Of a DNA stretch of 64,000 nucleotides, positions 10,761 through 24,770 are shown one piece after another. A model generated the notes under the pieces. The model worked only from the letters and a program-made list of their open reading frames with translations, was not told the DNA's origin and searched no databases. Within the stretch, counting starts at the first letter, position 1; the number at the start of each line of letters is the position of its first letter. Origin of the DNA: Camelus ferus (taxonomy: Eukaryota); the NCBI RefSeq assembly GCF_009834535.1, contig NC_045696.1, positions 93,994,001 to 94,058,000 on the forward strand. The letters are read 5' to 3'. Made by a program: the position numbers and the translations under genes.

Positions 10761-12324
10761 AATCACAGGAGGCTCTTCCTCCTCTACCAATCCTTGTGAG
10801 CAGTGTTGTGCTCAGCATCTGGCTCCAAGTGACTCTGGTGTGCATCCTCAGCCCTGTATTCCACACAGAATAGCCCTTCAGAAGTTCAGTTATCCCTTCA
10901 ACAATAATCCCTTCAATCTTTCTTTTTGATTAAGTTGATCAGCTTTTAATACTTGCAATCCAAAAGGTCTTTATTAATAAAATTTGCAAAATTGTTTTCT
11001 GAAAGTTGGCACCAATTTACAAAACCACTAGCAGTATTTGAAGATACCAGTTTCTCTGGACGAAACTGCATTTTTCTCTGTCAAATACTAAACTAGACTT
11101 AAAGTAATTATATTCAATCTATAAAAAGATTTTGACCCACTGGAAGTGCAAGCCTAAATTGTAAAAAGATTAAATTGTTGTTCCTGTTTCTATTTAAACC
11201 TTTGATCAATGTCTTCATTCTTAGAACAAGAGATAAAATCTACTTGGACAATTCCACAAATATTCACTGAGAATGTAGTTAAGGATTGGAGCCTTATAGT
11301 AAATAAGAAAGAAAGACATGGTTGTATCTTTGTAGCTTCCAATTCAGTAGAGGAGCCAACCAAACATGCAACTATATTACAAAGAACTTGAAGTTCAATG
11401 AATCTCAGTTACTTTAATGTTTTTTTGATTATACTAGAAGCTCCCAGCAGAAAGTTTTTACACAACTGTGTCATGACTACCATCTGGCTGGCAACAATTG
11501 TAAGATGTTATCAACTATGTGATACCTCCTCATTTCAGAAATATAAAGATATTTTAAAATGTGCATCTTGGAGTTCATGGAAAGTAGCAGCAAGCACTTT
11601 TACAAAGAAGCTGGGAAAGACACAGGAACGGTCATGGATGTGGACTTCCGAGGTGGAAGCAATCTTTCTGAAGGAAGTAAGGCCTGGTCTGAGAAGTGAA
11701 TGATGAGCAGCAGGTTGTGAAGAGGGCAGGAAGGAGGGTTCTAGGCAGAAGTCACTTTCCATGACATTCCCTTCATCTTTGAATTTGGGTGTTTTGGGAT
11801 TAGTTAGAATATACATGTGTATTTGAGTACTTTATTTTGTTTTAGCAGCCAGTTTTTTAAAAAGGAAATTCTATCTGAAAGCCTAATATAAAACACACAT
11901 AAAGGAGTGGTAGCTTTCATCAAGGGAGCGCGGGTTGGGCCGTGCTCTATCTATTTCCCTCCACTCCTCCCCTTGAAGGGCTCCCAGGGCCATGGTTGAA
12001 AGTCACTGGACTAGATCCCAAGATCCTTTCTACTTTTAATGATCTGTAATTTAATGTAACAAGCTCATTAGGACACTATCTGAAGCTCAATTCAGCTTCA
12101 GAAGTTTACACAACAGGTAAGTGACAAAGATGGGTTTTGATACCAGATAACCTGATTGCAACACTCACATTCTTAACCTCATATTATAGTGGCTCCAATA
12201 GTGTTATTGTTATTTTTTCTTTTTGTAAAATTGGGATAACAGTATGTATTCTAAGATCACTGAGGAACAAACAAGCTTCATCTATTTGTGCATAAGTGGT
12301 GTTTGGGAGTGCCCATGCGGACTT

Positions 12325-12820
12325 TATTTCCTTATCTATCACTGCATAACAAGGCACTCTAAAATTCTATGGCTTTAAACAACACTAATTTTATATATGA
12401 CATGACTTTGAGAATTTAGGCAAGCTTTGGCTCCACATGGTGCAGACTAAGGTTACTCAGTATCACGCAGACAGCGCCTGGTCTGGCCTATGGGCTTTAC
12501 TAACGTACCTGGGGCTTAACAGGTAGGGCTGGAAGGCTGCACTCAGTCGGGTCCTTCTCAGTGTGGCTTCAGGCCTTTCCACTCTTTTACCTAGTGTCTC
12601 CTAAGACACTAGGTACCAAGAGTGAATCTTCTAAGAAAGAAGAAGTAGAAGCTTTCAGTCTCTTAAGGCCTGGGCCCAGAGATGAACAGAGCATCACTCC
12701 TGCCATAGGCTGTTTGTCTAAGCAGTCGTAGAACCTACCCACGCTCAAGGGATAGGGACAGAGGTCCAGTCTTCCGACGAGAGGAGTATCAGAGAATGTG
12801 AAGCTGTCTTTAATCTGCTG
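12325..12820 (-). mobile_element. Old MaLR LTR (MLT1 family)
   Basis: CTATCACTGCATAACAAGGCACTCTAAAATT...GGCTTTAAACAACAC start (reverse complement of MLT1 3' end) and CAGAGCATCACTCCTGCCATA...CAAGGGATAGGG. Confidence 0.65.
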
Positions 12821-15800
12821 CAGACTCAGCTGAGGAAGAGGTCTGTCAGAGCACGGGCAGGAGTCACAGACAGACTGCAGTCTGGATTTATATTTCCCAC
12901 TTTGCTTTCAGGGCTGTGGAAATTACAGTATGCTAGAGGATTTATGAGGCAATTCACTCAGTCAACCAAGTGTGGAGACGGTTCTTTATCTTAGGGAGGG
13001 AAAGGCTGAATATAGGAGCTGCTAGGGCCTGTTTAAGGAAATCACTAGTCTCAGGAAAAGTGGGAGCCCAGATGGAATAAAATAACTGTGGCAAGGGCAG
13101 AAGAAGATAGATATTGTTTTAGATGGAAAAGGCTTAAGGTTAAGTGCTCTTTTACTGTGGCTCAAGGAGTTACCTAGTTGTCAAGAATGGAGCTTTTGTG
13201 ATGGAGGAAATGTGTATTCCAGTGTCTTCTTTAAGAGATGAGACTGTGGTAACCTCAGAAAAGATGATGAGTTATGTAACTGCTCATGATTAACCTGAGA
13301 AGAAAGGAGGTGGTAGGAAGACTGGGCCTAGCTTTCGGAATGTAAAGTGGAAGGTCAAATGGAACAACCGTGATGGGAACAGCTACCAAATGAATAGAAA
13401 GAAGCTACCTGAGGCTTGAAAGGAAGGGGGAAGACAGTAGATTTCACTTCAGGAATTAATACAGGTCAGTTGTAGATTTTGGAAGGGGTGTGGGGGAAAG
13501 CAAAGGTGGAACTGAGTGTGAGATGTAGCAAGAAAATAAGAAGGGAGCTCTTCCAGACAAAAGGCAGCAGTATGAACGTGGATTTGTGAATAGAGAAAGG
13601 AAGAGGGAAAGAAGTATAGAAGAACTAATGGATAGAAAGACCAACCCAAATGAGGCCAACAGGCCTATGACAGACAGAACACAGACCGTAGAAGCAGGAA
13701 CACAGCTGGAGGAAGTGCTAGAATCTGACAGAAGCTGAGGTTAGAGGGGTGAGAGAGAGGACTGCAATGACTACATAACAATGCCATTATTATTATTTTT
13801 ATTTGTATTGTTGTTATTGTTATTTCTTTGTAATTTCCCAGAGCGATTTCAAACCTTTTCCACTCTCTAAGCGCTAATCTTTTTCTCAGCCAGTGACAGT
13901 ATCTCCCACCCTACTGAGAAGAGTGAGGCAAGTGATGTGAACTCCATTAACTTCCTTCAAGTTTACACCTGGAGTTTTACATTTGTTCAAGTCTCTGTAT
14001 TTAGTAACTGTCTCTTCTTTTTTCTAGTTTTTAAATGTCCCCTCTTTTTCAAGGTACCCTTGATGCCACAACCTCCTGTCTTAGGAATCAGCTCTTTAAT
14101 TATCCATTTCTTTCTCACACATTCAATGCCTCTTCCTCTTCTGACTACTTTCCTTCTGGGGAGAAACATTTTCCTATCTCTCTTGTGCTGAAAATATCTT
14201 GTTCCTTATTTGTTATTACAATATACTTATATTCCTATTTCACCTTGCAGCTTCTTGTAGAAGAAATCTACGTATTTTCAATCCACAGTTTAGATATTTA
14301 AAGTTTTAAAGTGGGAAAGAAAAAATGTATCATTTCAAAAGAAAAGAAAATCATGCAGAAGAGGAGATACAGCAACTCTTAGTGCACTTCAGCCAAAGAT
14401 AAAGACAGTGGAACCAGTTTCCAGTGGTTCTCGGTGGATGAGGAGGTGGAGATGTGGACAGAGTGGATACACTGCATCTGCACAGAGTCTATTCTGAAGA
14501 AAAAGGAAAAAGTAGACAGGAGACCACAGTCACAGGGGTGAAGACCATACTAAATCTGATACTAAGGAAAATGAGAAATGTATGAAAGTAACATAAACAC
14601 GAAGAGAAACAGAATAAGGGACACGGGTGCCTGTGTGTGTATATGCCTTTGGGTGTGTGTATGTTTTATAAGGAAGTGATAGATCATATTTTTGGAATTT
14701 TGTCAGTTTGAAAGATAAATTATAAATATATACCATATATAGTATATATTAATCTTAAGCCACATGGTCAAATCTGTAAGAACAGTGCATTACTTTACTG
14801 CCTTTCAATCAACCTAAACCCTAGCCTGGTTTCTCCATCCTGAAAAGTGGCTGAGAAATGCAGTACCAGTCCTGTTTGTGACTCGGCCCCGTGTCTAGAT
14901 CACATAGGAATTCAGAGGCTTATGTGGTACGTAGAAAACAAAGGCAGGGTCTTGAATCTCTAGTCTATTGTGGTTGCTACTGATATTCTCATAACCTAAG
15001 CACCCATGGACACTTGAAACTCAGCAATCCTACTCTTCGTTGCCATCTGTTTAACAGAACTCCCCTTTGGGCTTGCCACTCACCCTGGGGCTTTGCCAGG
15101 GACCAGGATGTAGATGTTCTAGAACTCTCCTTCCAAACTGCCCTTCCTCCCAAATCCATGTCCCACCCCCAACACACACACAAAGGGCCTCCAGGAGAAC
15201 TAGCGTAATATATCTGATGAGTACAGACCTTCACAAAAGATTCCCTTCGAGCAGTCACTTTTGCTTCCGGCCCTACAAATATTCCCACAGAGTCTGGTTC
15301 GGGTGAGAGGACAGGTTAAGAACTGTAACTTGGACTTGGTTTACTCCTGAAGCAGAGTAAAAGCAGAGCATAAACACACAGACAGTGACACAGGTGCAGC
15401 TCCTCACGCCTCCTCTGTATCTGACAGACGCACACCCAATCTCTGGAGTCTTAGCAGCCCCTGAAAAGCAAAACATTCTCCAGGTTGGAAGTAGGTGTGC
15501 TGCCTTCTATTCTTCCAGCCACATCAGCCCCCAGAAATAACATGTTACCATCAAAGGCAATACTTCAGCCTCTTGAGGAACCACGTAAACCAGATGAGAA
15601 ATCTGGGTTCCAGGCCTTGGTACTGTTGCTTTGCCAGCACATGGAGTTTCCTTATCTGAGTTTCCCATTTAAGTCTGTTCAGGGACTTTCTGTGGGCAGG
15701 CCTGGCAGCGGCCACCAGGCTGAGGGAAGGATGTTAGAAAGAGCCCGTTTACCTTCTTGGAAGGGGAGAAGGAAAAACACAGGAGAAAAACCATTAATAC

Positions 15801-16669
15801 AGCAATAACTTCTGCCAAACATATGTAAATATCTTTTATTGTGTAGAGGGGAGCAAATTAAAGTATGTATGTAAAAAGGTTCTGATAAATGGATCATTGC
15901 CTTAGGACACACTTGATTTCTGTTTTTCAAATTATAGTTTCCAAATATCCTGAGTAAGTTTTATGACAAAGAAATAACTTCTATTTAGACAGTTGGATTT
16001 GTAGTAGTTTATTTTAATCCTCTACTTTAGGAATTCATTTCTGGGATAATGAGTAAGATAGTGTCTTATTCTGAGTCTGAGATTTGCTCACTGAAAGAGA
16101 AATATTGTCAAAAACCATAATTAACTGGCAGTAATTAGCTGGAATTATATAATTACTGGGATATTGGCTGCAATAATTGCTCAATTAATATTGTGTGTTT
16201 GCTTTGAAAATAGCAGTTTGAGGAGGTCTCTGTAGCACCTTTACTTGGAATATTTAGGGAAATAATAGAGATCAGTTGCCAAAGTCTAGTATTTATCTAT
16301 AGGCTAAGCAATTATTTCTAGTTCCTTTTATAAGTAACATAATTCTCTTTATTTATGAGATAACAACATAGTCATCAATAGGAAATGATGGCTTAATGTA
16401 CCCACCATTCTCAGTAAGGCATGGGTTTTGAGTTTTCCCTCAGTGGCATGGAATGGATCTACACTGAGGAACTGACGTTTCTCCACAGCTTCTCCTGTGA
16501 CTAAAGGCATGTATCTGTAGTTGGCTGAGTGTTTGGCACAGTGTTGTCCCAGAGAGTTCTTCCAGTGTAAGATGGACCAAACACAGTGATCTGCTGAGCT
16601 AACTGGAAGTTAATTTTCCCTTCAATGTAAATCTCCTGAAGGGCAGAGCAGGAAGAATGGAAAAGGGCA

Positions 16670-18530
16670 ATATGTGAAAAGATAATGGCTAATCATTTCT
16701 GAAATGTGATGAACTATACAAATTTAGAGTCAAGAATCACAACAAATTCCAAACATACTTTGGATAAATCACGGTAGAAAGACAGCAGTTTAAAAGTAAA
16801 AAGATTTTAGAAACAGAGAGAAGGACAGATGCTGCCAAAAAAAATGGCACTTAGACTAATAGCAGACTTCTTAACAATAATAACAGATCCAGAATACGGT
16901 GGACTAATTTATTTAAGCTGTTGAGCGAAGATAAACATCAATCTAGAATTAAAACCTATGCTAAATTTTTAAGAATGAAAATAAAGACATTTCAGATATA
17001 GCTGAAAAAAATTGTATACTAGGTACTCACTAAAGGAAAACTTAGACGATGTATTTTAGAATATAGTGTTTCTTTTAAGGAGTGAGGAAAATGTTCTAAA
17101 ATTGATTGTGGTGATGGTTGTACAACTCTGAATATCCGAAAACCCACCGTATCATACATTTAATTATGTACAAGTGTGTGAATTACATGATATGTGTAGA
17201 GGGTTGAATAATGTCCCCCCCCCCAAATTCATATCTACCTGGAACCTCAGAATGTGATCTTACTTGGAAGTTGGGTCTTTGCAGATGTAATTAGACAAAG
17301 AGCTCAAGATGAAATTATCCCAGATTTTTTTGGGGGGACTGCCATATGTATGTACAAGTATATGAATCATTTGTCACTAAAGCTGATACATATAATGTTC
17401 TTGAAGAAGAAAGTAAATTGTCCCAGAAGGAATTCTGAAAAGCAAGAAGGACTGGTGAGCAAGGAACTTGGGAAATATGTAGGTAAATCTGGAAAAAATA
17501 ATTTGATGGTATAAATACTAGTATTTGATTTGGGTAGTTAAATTAAGGTAGAACAAAATATTTAGCAAAATTACCATGTAAAATGAGGGGGAGTTGATTG
17601 GAATTAAAGGTAAAATGTTTGTGTTTGGGAGGAAGTTTAAAATATTGAATGATATAGATGTTAAAATACATTTGCATGTTGAAATCTTAATGTTAACAAT
17701 TTAAATGAGCATAAGTAGTATACGTAATTTTTGAAACTATATAAAGAAAAAAATGGAATTAAAAAAACTTACAAAAGAAGGAAGGGGGAAAAGAGGCTAG
17801 CCTCCCCATTAGAAGACAGATTTTGTCAGGTTGGATTTTAAAAAAAGGGTCTAAGATACGCTGTCTCCAAGAGGTATCTCCAAAGCAAAAAAAACACACA
17901 AAAATCAAAGTAAAAAACAGAACCAGTTTTAAGATGACTATTTTGATTTGTACTAATCCCTCTGTTTTTGTGTTATGTTTGAAAATGTCCATAATAAAAA
18001 ACAAATCAAAGAAAAAGCATGTCACTGGAGGCATGATAGATACTTAAAATATAGTAAGAGTTTTTTTGTGAATAAATCTATGCCACTGAATAAAAAGTCA
18101 GACAAAATGAACAATTTCCAAGAAAACATAATTTGGCAAAACTCAATCAAGTATAAGAAAGCTTAGTATGCACATGACTGTTAAAATATTAAAGCAGTAG
18201 TTTAAAAATATTCTCACAAAGAAAATACTATACACCTAAACTTTCACCAGTGAGTTCTATCTAGTTTTCATGGAGGAGTGAATTGCAATACTTTAAAAGT
18301 GTTCCAGAGAACAGTAAAAGAGTGAACACTATTCAACTCATTTTATGAGGCTAGTAAACTCTGAAGCTAAATCCAGACTAGGATATTATAATGAAAGAAA
18401 ATTATAGGACGATCTCACTCAAAAACACATATTCATAAACTCCTAAACAAAATAATAGCACCAGCACAGTGAACCCAGCAAAGCAAAAAACAAAGTGTGA
18501 AAATACAAAAACATGTTCAAGTTGGATACA
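16670..18530 (+). mobile_element. Degenerate old L1 (ORF1 region and ORF2 fragments) with nested L1 3' end (~17065-17195) and MLT1 5' fragment (~17195-17330)
   Basis: A-rich strand with AGACTAATAGCAGACTTCTTAAC, TTCACCAGTGAGTTCTA, CAACTCATTTTATGAGGCTAG; nested TGTAGAGGGTTGAATAATGTCCCC...GGGTCTTTGCAGATGTAATT. Confidence 0.6.
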
Positions 18531-18859
18531 TTGTAAAAAAATATCCGGTGTTAAAAATTGGGCTCTTGTAGTTTGTAATCTGTTGCCAGAGGCCCTCAAA
18601 ACTACCAAAACCTTTCTCGTTTCTCGTTTGCAGTTTTGCTGGTAGTCTCTTTGCCGGAATCATGCTTTGTTCTCACTTTCTACCAGGATATGGTAAACAC
18701 CTTTGGAGAAGAAAATAGCCAGTGGCCATGATCAACATCTCACCTGAGAAGGGTTCCTCTGTCTTTGGAATTTTAATTCATCTAATCCTAATTGTTTCTA
18801 CAGTTCTTCATTTTAATTGCTTTCTGGTAATAAAGTGAATAAATATATTACAACTTATT

Positions 18860-21590
18860 TACTCATTTACTTTTCGTGGACATGAGTTGTTTTCAGTACC
18901 TGGCTATTATGAATATTGTTACTATGAACATTTGACACATGTCTCCTGCAGCAGGTGAGGAGACATACCCAAGAGGGAATTGCTGAGTAACAGGATATGT
19001 TCAACTTGGTAGCCAATGCCAAATGATTTTCCAAATTGTTAACCAATTTATATTCCTATTGGCAGAGGGTAAGAATTTTCATTGTTTTTATTTTGGTTAT
19101 TCTGGTAAGTACATAGTGAGAACTCTGTGTCTTCAATTTGCGATTCCCTGATTACTAATGAGGTTGAGATTTTTTTTGTTTATTAACGACTGGAGAGTGT
19201 CTTTATTGAATTTTCTGTTCAAGTCTCTTGTCTGTTTTCCTGTGGTGGTCATCTCTCTTTCTTAGTGGTTTGGAGAAGTTTTTATGTATTCTGGATATAA
19301 GCCCTTGGTTAGAATGATATATTTTCTGTCATTATATGATTTTCATTTTTACTCTTAAATGGTGTTTTGAATTAATAGAAATTCTTCATTTTAATGTAGT
19401 CTAATTTATCAATTTTATCCCTTTTATTTATTCCCCTTTCCTTTTTCAATTGGTTAGGTCCAATCAATATAACGTTGGATAGATGCAGTGACAGTGGATA
19501 TCATTGTCTTGTTCTCAATCTCAAAAGGAAAATATACTTTCAATTCTTCAGGTAAGGAGTCTAGAAGTCACCACTCTATCCTAACAAATAAAAAGCCAAT
19601 TAAAAAAGCTTAAATATATAAGAAAAGTGAGGTCACAGGGGCAGGTGACTACCCTCCAAATTGAAGAGACAGACAGAAGGACACAGACAATCACAATATA
19701 CTGGAACAGAATTCTCTGCAGGAACTGTTGTGTTGCGGTAGGAAAATCTGAACTATAATTAATGAATTGCTGAAGGCCTGGTGTGGACAAATCTGAGAGT
19801 TAAAAACCAGGGGGCCCCAGTAATAGAAGAGCCCTATGCTTTTTTAGTTTTACCTCCAAGAGCTCAAACAGATTTTCAAAGTAAGTATCAGAGAAATTTT
19901 CCCTTGTTTCTAGAAGGGGGCAGGGGAAGAAGAATATTTCTCTCAGTTTTGCTGTGAACCTAAAACTGCTCCAAGAAAAGGAAAGCTTACATTATTTCAT
20001 CATTATGTATAAATGTTTTCTGTAAAAACATCAGCTTCTATTCTTACTTTGCAAAGACTTTTTAAAAATTGTGATTGAGTTTTATCATAGTTTTAATTAT
20101 TTTGGAAAGATTGAGATTTTTGTATGATTTTTTTAACCTGCAATTTTAAAGGAAAAGTTTCACTGAACTTAAAATTGTTGGTTAATAGAATTTTTTCTTC
20201 CTTTGATAGATCATCCCCATGTCTTTTGGCTTTCCTAGTTTCTGAGAAGTCAGCTCTTAATAAGATTATTTTTATTCTATGTAGAGAATAATTTTTCTAT
20301 GGTTGAGTTTAAGATTTACTCTTTGACTTTAAGCAATTTGACTACGATATGTCTAGGAGCGGATTTCTTTGTGCTTTTTTTGAGTTATTGAGTTTCTTAG
20401 TTATGTAAATTGAAGTTTTTCATCAAATTAAAAATTTTTTTTAGCCATTACTTCTTCAATTTTTTTCTGTCCCTTTCTCTCTCTCTTCTCCTGCAATTCC
20501 AGTTACTCACATATTAGACTGCTTTTTATTGTCCCACAGGTCTCTGTAGTTCTATTCACTTTTCTTTAGTCTTTTTTTTTTGTTTCTATTTTTCAATTTG
20601 GGTAATTTCAATTGTGGTCTTTAAGTTCTTGTTTTTCTGCCATCTCTAGTTTGCTGTAGTGTTCATTCAGAGATTTTTATAACTTTAATATTTGTACTCC
20701 TCAGCTTAAGAATTATTTAAAATATTATTTTAAAATATTTCTTGAGATTGACTGTTTATACATAAATACCATATTTTCTTTTAATTCTTTGAACATAATC
20801 CTCTCTGTGGTGAGGGCTCCATATATGCCTAAATGCTTGACTCACTCACAATTTTTTAGACAGACGAGAAACTCACAGAGGAGCAGGTTAAAAAGGAGAG
20901 CAAAGACATAAGTACAAGGCAAAAAGCAAGGGAGGACTCTGAGGATTCAAGCAGTTTACTGCTAGTTTGTTTGCTTTGGGATCTGCATTCTAACCTTTAG
21001 GCTTTTTGCTACCTGATCTTCCCAAAATTTGGAATATATTCCTTTAAGAAAAATATTAAATTTACATATTCAGCTCTGCATCACTCTGATTTCAAGAACA
21101 GATTTCTCTGTGCTTTTTATCTGCTTCTCAGTGGTATCTCCTGGGATCACATAACACATGAATAGTTGAACTATCAGTAAGGGGTCTGGGAAGTTTAGTT
21201 TCTAAATTTGGATCTGTTGTTTTCATGCTGTTAAGTTCAAAATTCTTAGTGCTTCCAGTGCTTCCAGTTTTCTTGAGTTTATTTATGTTTTTTAGATATT
21301 TCTTAGTGAACCTAAATTCCCCCTCCCCCCCCATGTTTTGTACTTGTTAAATGTTGCAGGTTCATGGCACTCCTCTTTCCTCCACTGTTACTAGAAGTTA
21401 ATCATGAATTAACTTTGAATATTCTCTGTTTTTTATTACCTAAAAATGTACTTTTTCACTCTGTGTTTGAAGAATGATATTGCTGTATATAAAATTCTAC
21501 ACTGGAGTTATTTTTCTCTCAGTATGTTAAAGATATTTTAGTCTTTAAGCTTCCATCATTGCTCTTGTGGAGTCAGCTGTTGCCCAAATT
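18860..21590 (-). mobile_element. Cluster of old minus-strand L1M/L1ME fragments
   Basis: TGGCTATTATGAATATTGTTACTATGAACATTT, CCCTGATTACTAATGAGGTTGAG, TCTGAGAAGTCAGCT and other T-rich L1 antisense text. Confidence 0.6.
19538..19975 (+). mobile_element. Ancient L1MC-type 5' end fused directly to an L1MC1-type 3' terminus (mini-L1)
   Basis: GAAGTCACCACTCTATCCTAACAA...GTGAGGTCACAGGG...GTGTGGACAAATCTGAGAGTTAAAAAC (L1MC 5' end as recalled), then TCTCAGTTTTGCTGTGAACCTAAAACTGCTC, matching the reverse complement of the L1 3' end near 35460-35490; degenerate TSD at 19523-19537 / 19976-19990. Confidence 0.6.
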
Positions 21591-21599
21591 TCAAATACT

Positions 21600-21840
21600 G
21601 TTTCCCTCTCACCTGATATACTACCTATTGCTGTAGTCTGTTTTAGCTCTTTCCTTAGTATTACTATCTAACCTACTCTATATTTTCATTTTTTAGTAAT
21701 ATTACATGCCTCTCTTTCATCTATAATGTAGTCTATGGAAGTAGCACTTTCCCCCTATTTTTGTTCATTGTTTTACCCACAATACAGAAAGTAGGGGCTG
21801 TTATACGAAAACTATTCAGTGAATGTTTGTAGAAGGAGTA
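21600..21840 (+). mobile_element. L2 3' fragment
   Basis: TTTTGTTCATTGTTTTACCCAC...TATTCAGTGAATGTTTGTAGAAGGA resembles the L2 3' terminus. Confidence 0.45.
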
Positions 21841-23279
21841 ATAGGGGAAGTTGTGTCTGTGTTCCTAAGATAGGCTAGTCTTAAGTTAAACTCTACTTAA
21901 GGAAAGCTTTTCTAAGTTCCTTAAGGAACTTAAGACAAGGCTGATCATGTGTTATTCTTTATTAAGATTCAAATGTAAAGTGAAAAACAATGATCTATTG
22001 GAGCTAGTGAATATTACACTAGTAATTAATGAACAGTAAAGCAATAGTTATTGAAGATTAGCTTGTTTAAGAATTAAGTAAGGGTGCTCAATAAAGTAAA
22101 TGTTCCTGGGCAGTTCCTTTCAGCAGAGATTCTAAGTCAGCTAGGATGGAGTGATACCTAATTATGTGCATTTTACACTAACATCTCAAACTTGGAGATA
22201 ATTTGGTATGAAGAATCACAATTTGCTCCCTGAAGTATGGGGATGAGTCAGTAGTAGTGAGTGAGTTTGGAAAAACATTTCTTTCTCTGACCATTGTGAT
22301 TATACTAACTAGTGCATATCCTCTTTCCGTGTCCAGTTTCTAACCTCCATAACAATTTGCTGGAATTCCTAGAAAAAGCCCAACTTCTTCATGTTCCAAT
22401 TTTCTTCTCTGTAAATTAATTATGGACTCACACCTACTATTTCATATTTACAAAGTGCTGGAAGTGCACTCCTTGGGTGGAATTGAATACATTAAAATAT
22501 CTGATAATAAATAGAGATTACACTGCAGAGGAGCTCATGGGATTGTACTTCATTCTCTTGGACTTGCAATATTAAAATGCTCACCATCTGTGTTCAATCA
22601 ATATTTATTCATTTCATATTTGAATGTAATCCCAACTTGGAGACAAAGGACTAAGAAAACATTCTAAAATTGATCAGAAAGAGAATTAACTACATAACCT
22701 CATGCCTCTTTTCCATTGACCTGTTTTCTTCAGGCTCCATTTCACTGATCCACAAATTGGGTACTTGAATATAAAGCATTAAAGTGTTGATTGCAAAGTT
22801 TTTGTTTCTAGGGGTCTGGAAAGGGTTAGAACATCTTGGGACTGGGTTTTATTCTTTTCTAGAATTCCTATGTAATTTTAAGCTCCTCCATCAGTACTCA
22901 AGGTCCTATTAGAACAAAAGAGAGATTTCAGTCACTTTCTTTAGTTTGTAACTACATTTCTAATAGTAACTTCCCAGCAGAAGTGCAGGTGCTTATGTAA
23001 AGAAACACCATCCTCAAAACATCTTGAATTTAGAATAATGCATTTAGGAGAATAAACTTACACTTTCCACCCAGCATACTCCCTCTTACTTTCAATTTTA
23101 AAATAAGCAAGTCTTCCTCCAAAGTTGTTGTGAGAGTTTCTTTACTAATCTATTGAAGCATTGGCTTTTTGAGGGTTGATGAGGATAGTGGCATGGATAC
23201 ATGCTAATTATTGTTTTTCGCCATACAGTAAGTTTTCCTATGTGCTCCTCCCAACTTCATACAATGGGCCCTTTCCCCC

Positions 23280-23740
23280 AATATTGGTGGATAGGAATGA
23301 GACTCAGTCTTTTCCAACAGGCGCACCCATTCCCCTGGCCATATAAATTGGTTCAGAGCTGACTTAATAACATCAGCTGACTGATTAGATTCCTCAGATA
23401 TTTCTGTTGGGACAAGGATAGAAAATTGTTTCTTGCCTTTTTGTGGTCCCTTTGCTGGAAGGATATAAATCTTATACCACTGGCAACTACCCTCCTTGTC
23501 ATGTGGATGGAGTCTGCCAACAACTGGAGAAAATGAGGCCCACACTCAGGTGGAAGAAGAACTGATACCTGAAAGAAAGGATCCTGATGACCTGGTCCTG
23601 GATATGTTTATGCTGGATGCTGGGGCCACTCTTTCCCTTCCCAGTTACACAGTCAAAAATTTCCTTCCTTTTTTAAAAATCTTAAGCTAGTTGAATTTGG
23701 TTTCTGTTAGTTACAAATGATAATGCCTAGACTAAATTAA
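23280..23740 (+). mobile_element. Old MaLR LTR (MLT1K/L-like)
   Basis: GGAGAAAATGAGGCCCACAC...CCTGATGAC...TTCCCAGTTACA...AAGCTAGTTGAATTTGGTTTCTGTTAGTTACAA. Confidence 0.55.
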
Positions 23741-24209
23741 GCAACAACAACAAACAGAAATGGACATTGTTTTAAAAATGCAAGAACTTAGTAATCCCTT
23801 GAACTGTATAAATGAGTTTTTTGGATATGTCATAGGCCTTAACATCTTCCTTTATACCTTGGTTTTGTGTCAGGATTCCTTACTCCTCATATGATCAACA
23901 TTAATTAATTGATATTTCTTGATGAAGGAAATAGGGAGCTCTTATGATATTAAGATTAGGTAGATCCCAGAAAAATAGTCTTCCCAAATTCTTTCATAAC
24001 TTAGCTACACTGTCACCTTAAGCTTAGCAAGCCAAAAATCATGGAGCTAAAAGTGTCTCTTTCCTAAGAGGAGAATTCCAGAGCAGCCGAACAGGTTTGC
24101 TCTTTCGGGAGACCATGATTCCTAGCTTTGGCTTTATAACACTTTCAGGGGGTATTCTACCTTTGCCATTAAAGATGTTAGTTCAGTGCTTACAAATCAG
24201 ATGGATTAA

Positions 24210-24770
24210 AGATAAGTGTAGCTTATCATACATACTGGGACACTTCTGAGAGTGAAAAGGGCCTCTGTTAATTAGGCCTGGGACAATAGATGAACATCAA
24301 GAACATGCTGGGGAAACAGGGATATATGGTCATTCGAGCCAAAGATGATTAGCTTGGTTTCACCTCATATTTGCCTGGGAAATATATATATACACATTCA
24401 CACTACACACAACACACACACCGTGCACACACACATACACATACACACATATATGCCAGGTCTCCCTATCCAGAGATTCTGACTGAATCTGAATTGTCTA
24501 GGGTGGAATCTGGGACTTTTACTTTTAAAAATAATTCCTCTGGTGATTCTACTACACAGCCAGGTTTGAGAACCATAACACCTCCAGCTGGGTTTAATTA
24601 TTTTCATTTTAGTATACAAGTATGTAAACCTGAGACTCAAAAGACTAGGATCTGGTCTCTCTTCCATTAATTAGGCTTGTGATCTTGGACAGACAATTTT
24701 CTGGTCTTCACTGGTAAAATGAGGGGCTTAGACCAGAAAACCTCTAAGACCTATTGAACTCTACAATTCT
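24210..24770. repeat. Mixed small repeats: hAT-Blackjack MITE-like piece, (CA)n-rich tract (24385-24452), MER5-like fragment, MIR fragment
   Basis: CTGGGACACTTCTGAGAGTGAAAAGGG; CA-rich run; CCAGAGATTCTGA...CAGCCAGGTTTGAGAACCA; TGTGATCTTGGACAG...TAAAATGAGGGGCTTAGAC. Confidence 0.5.

Noticed and set aside
12079..12102. Hairpin TCTGAAGCT-n6-AGCTTCAGA
   Set aside because: A 9-bp stem is expected by chance in 64 kb.
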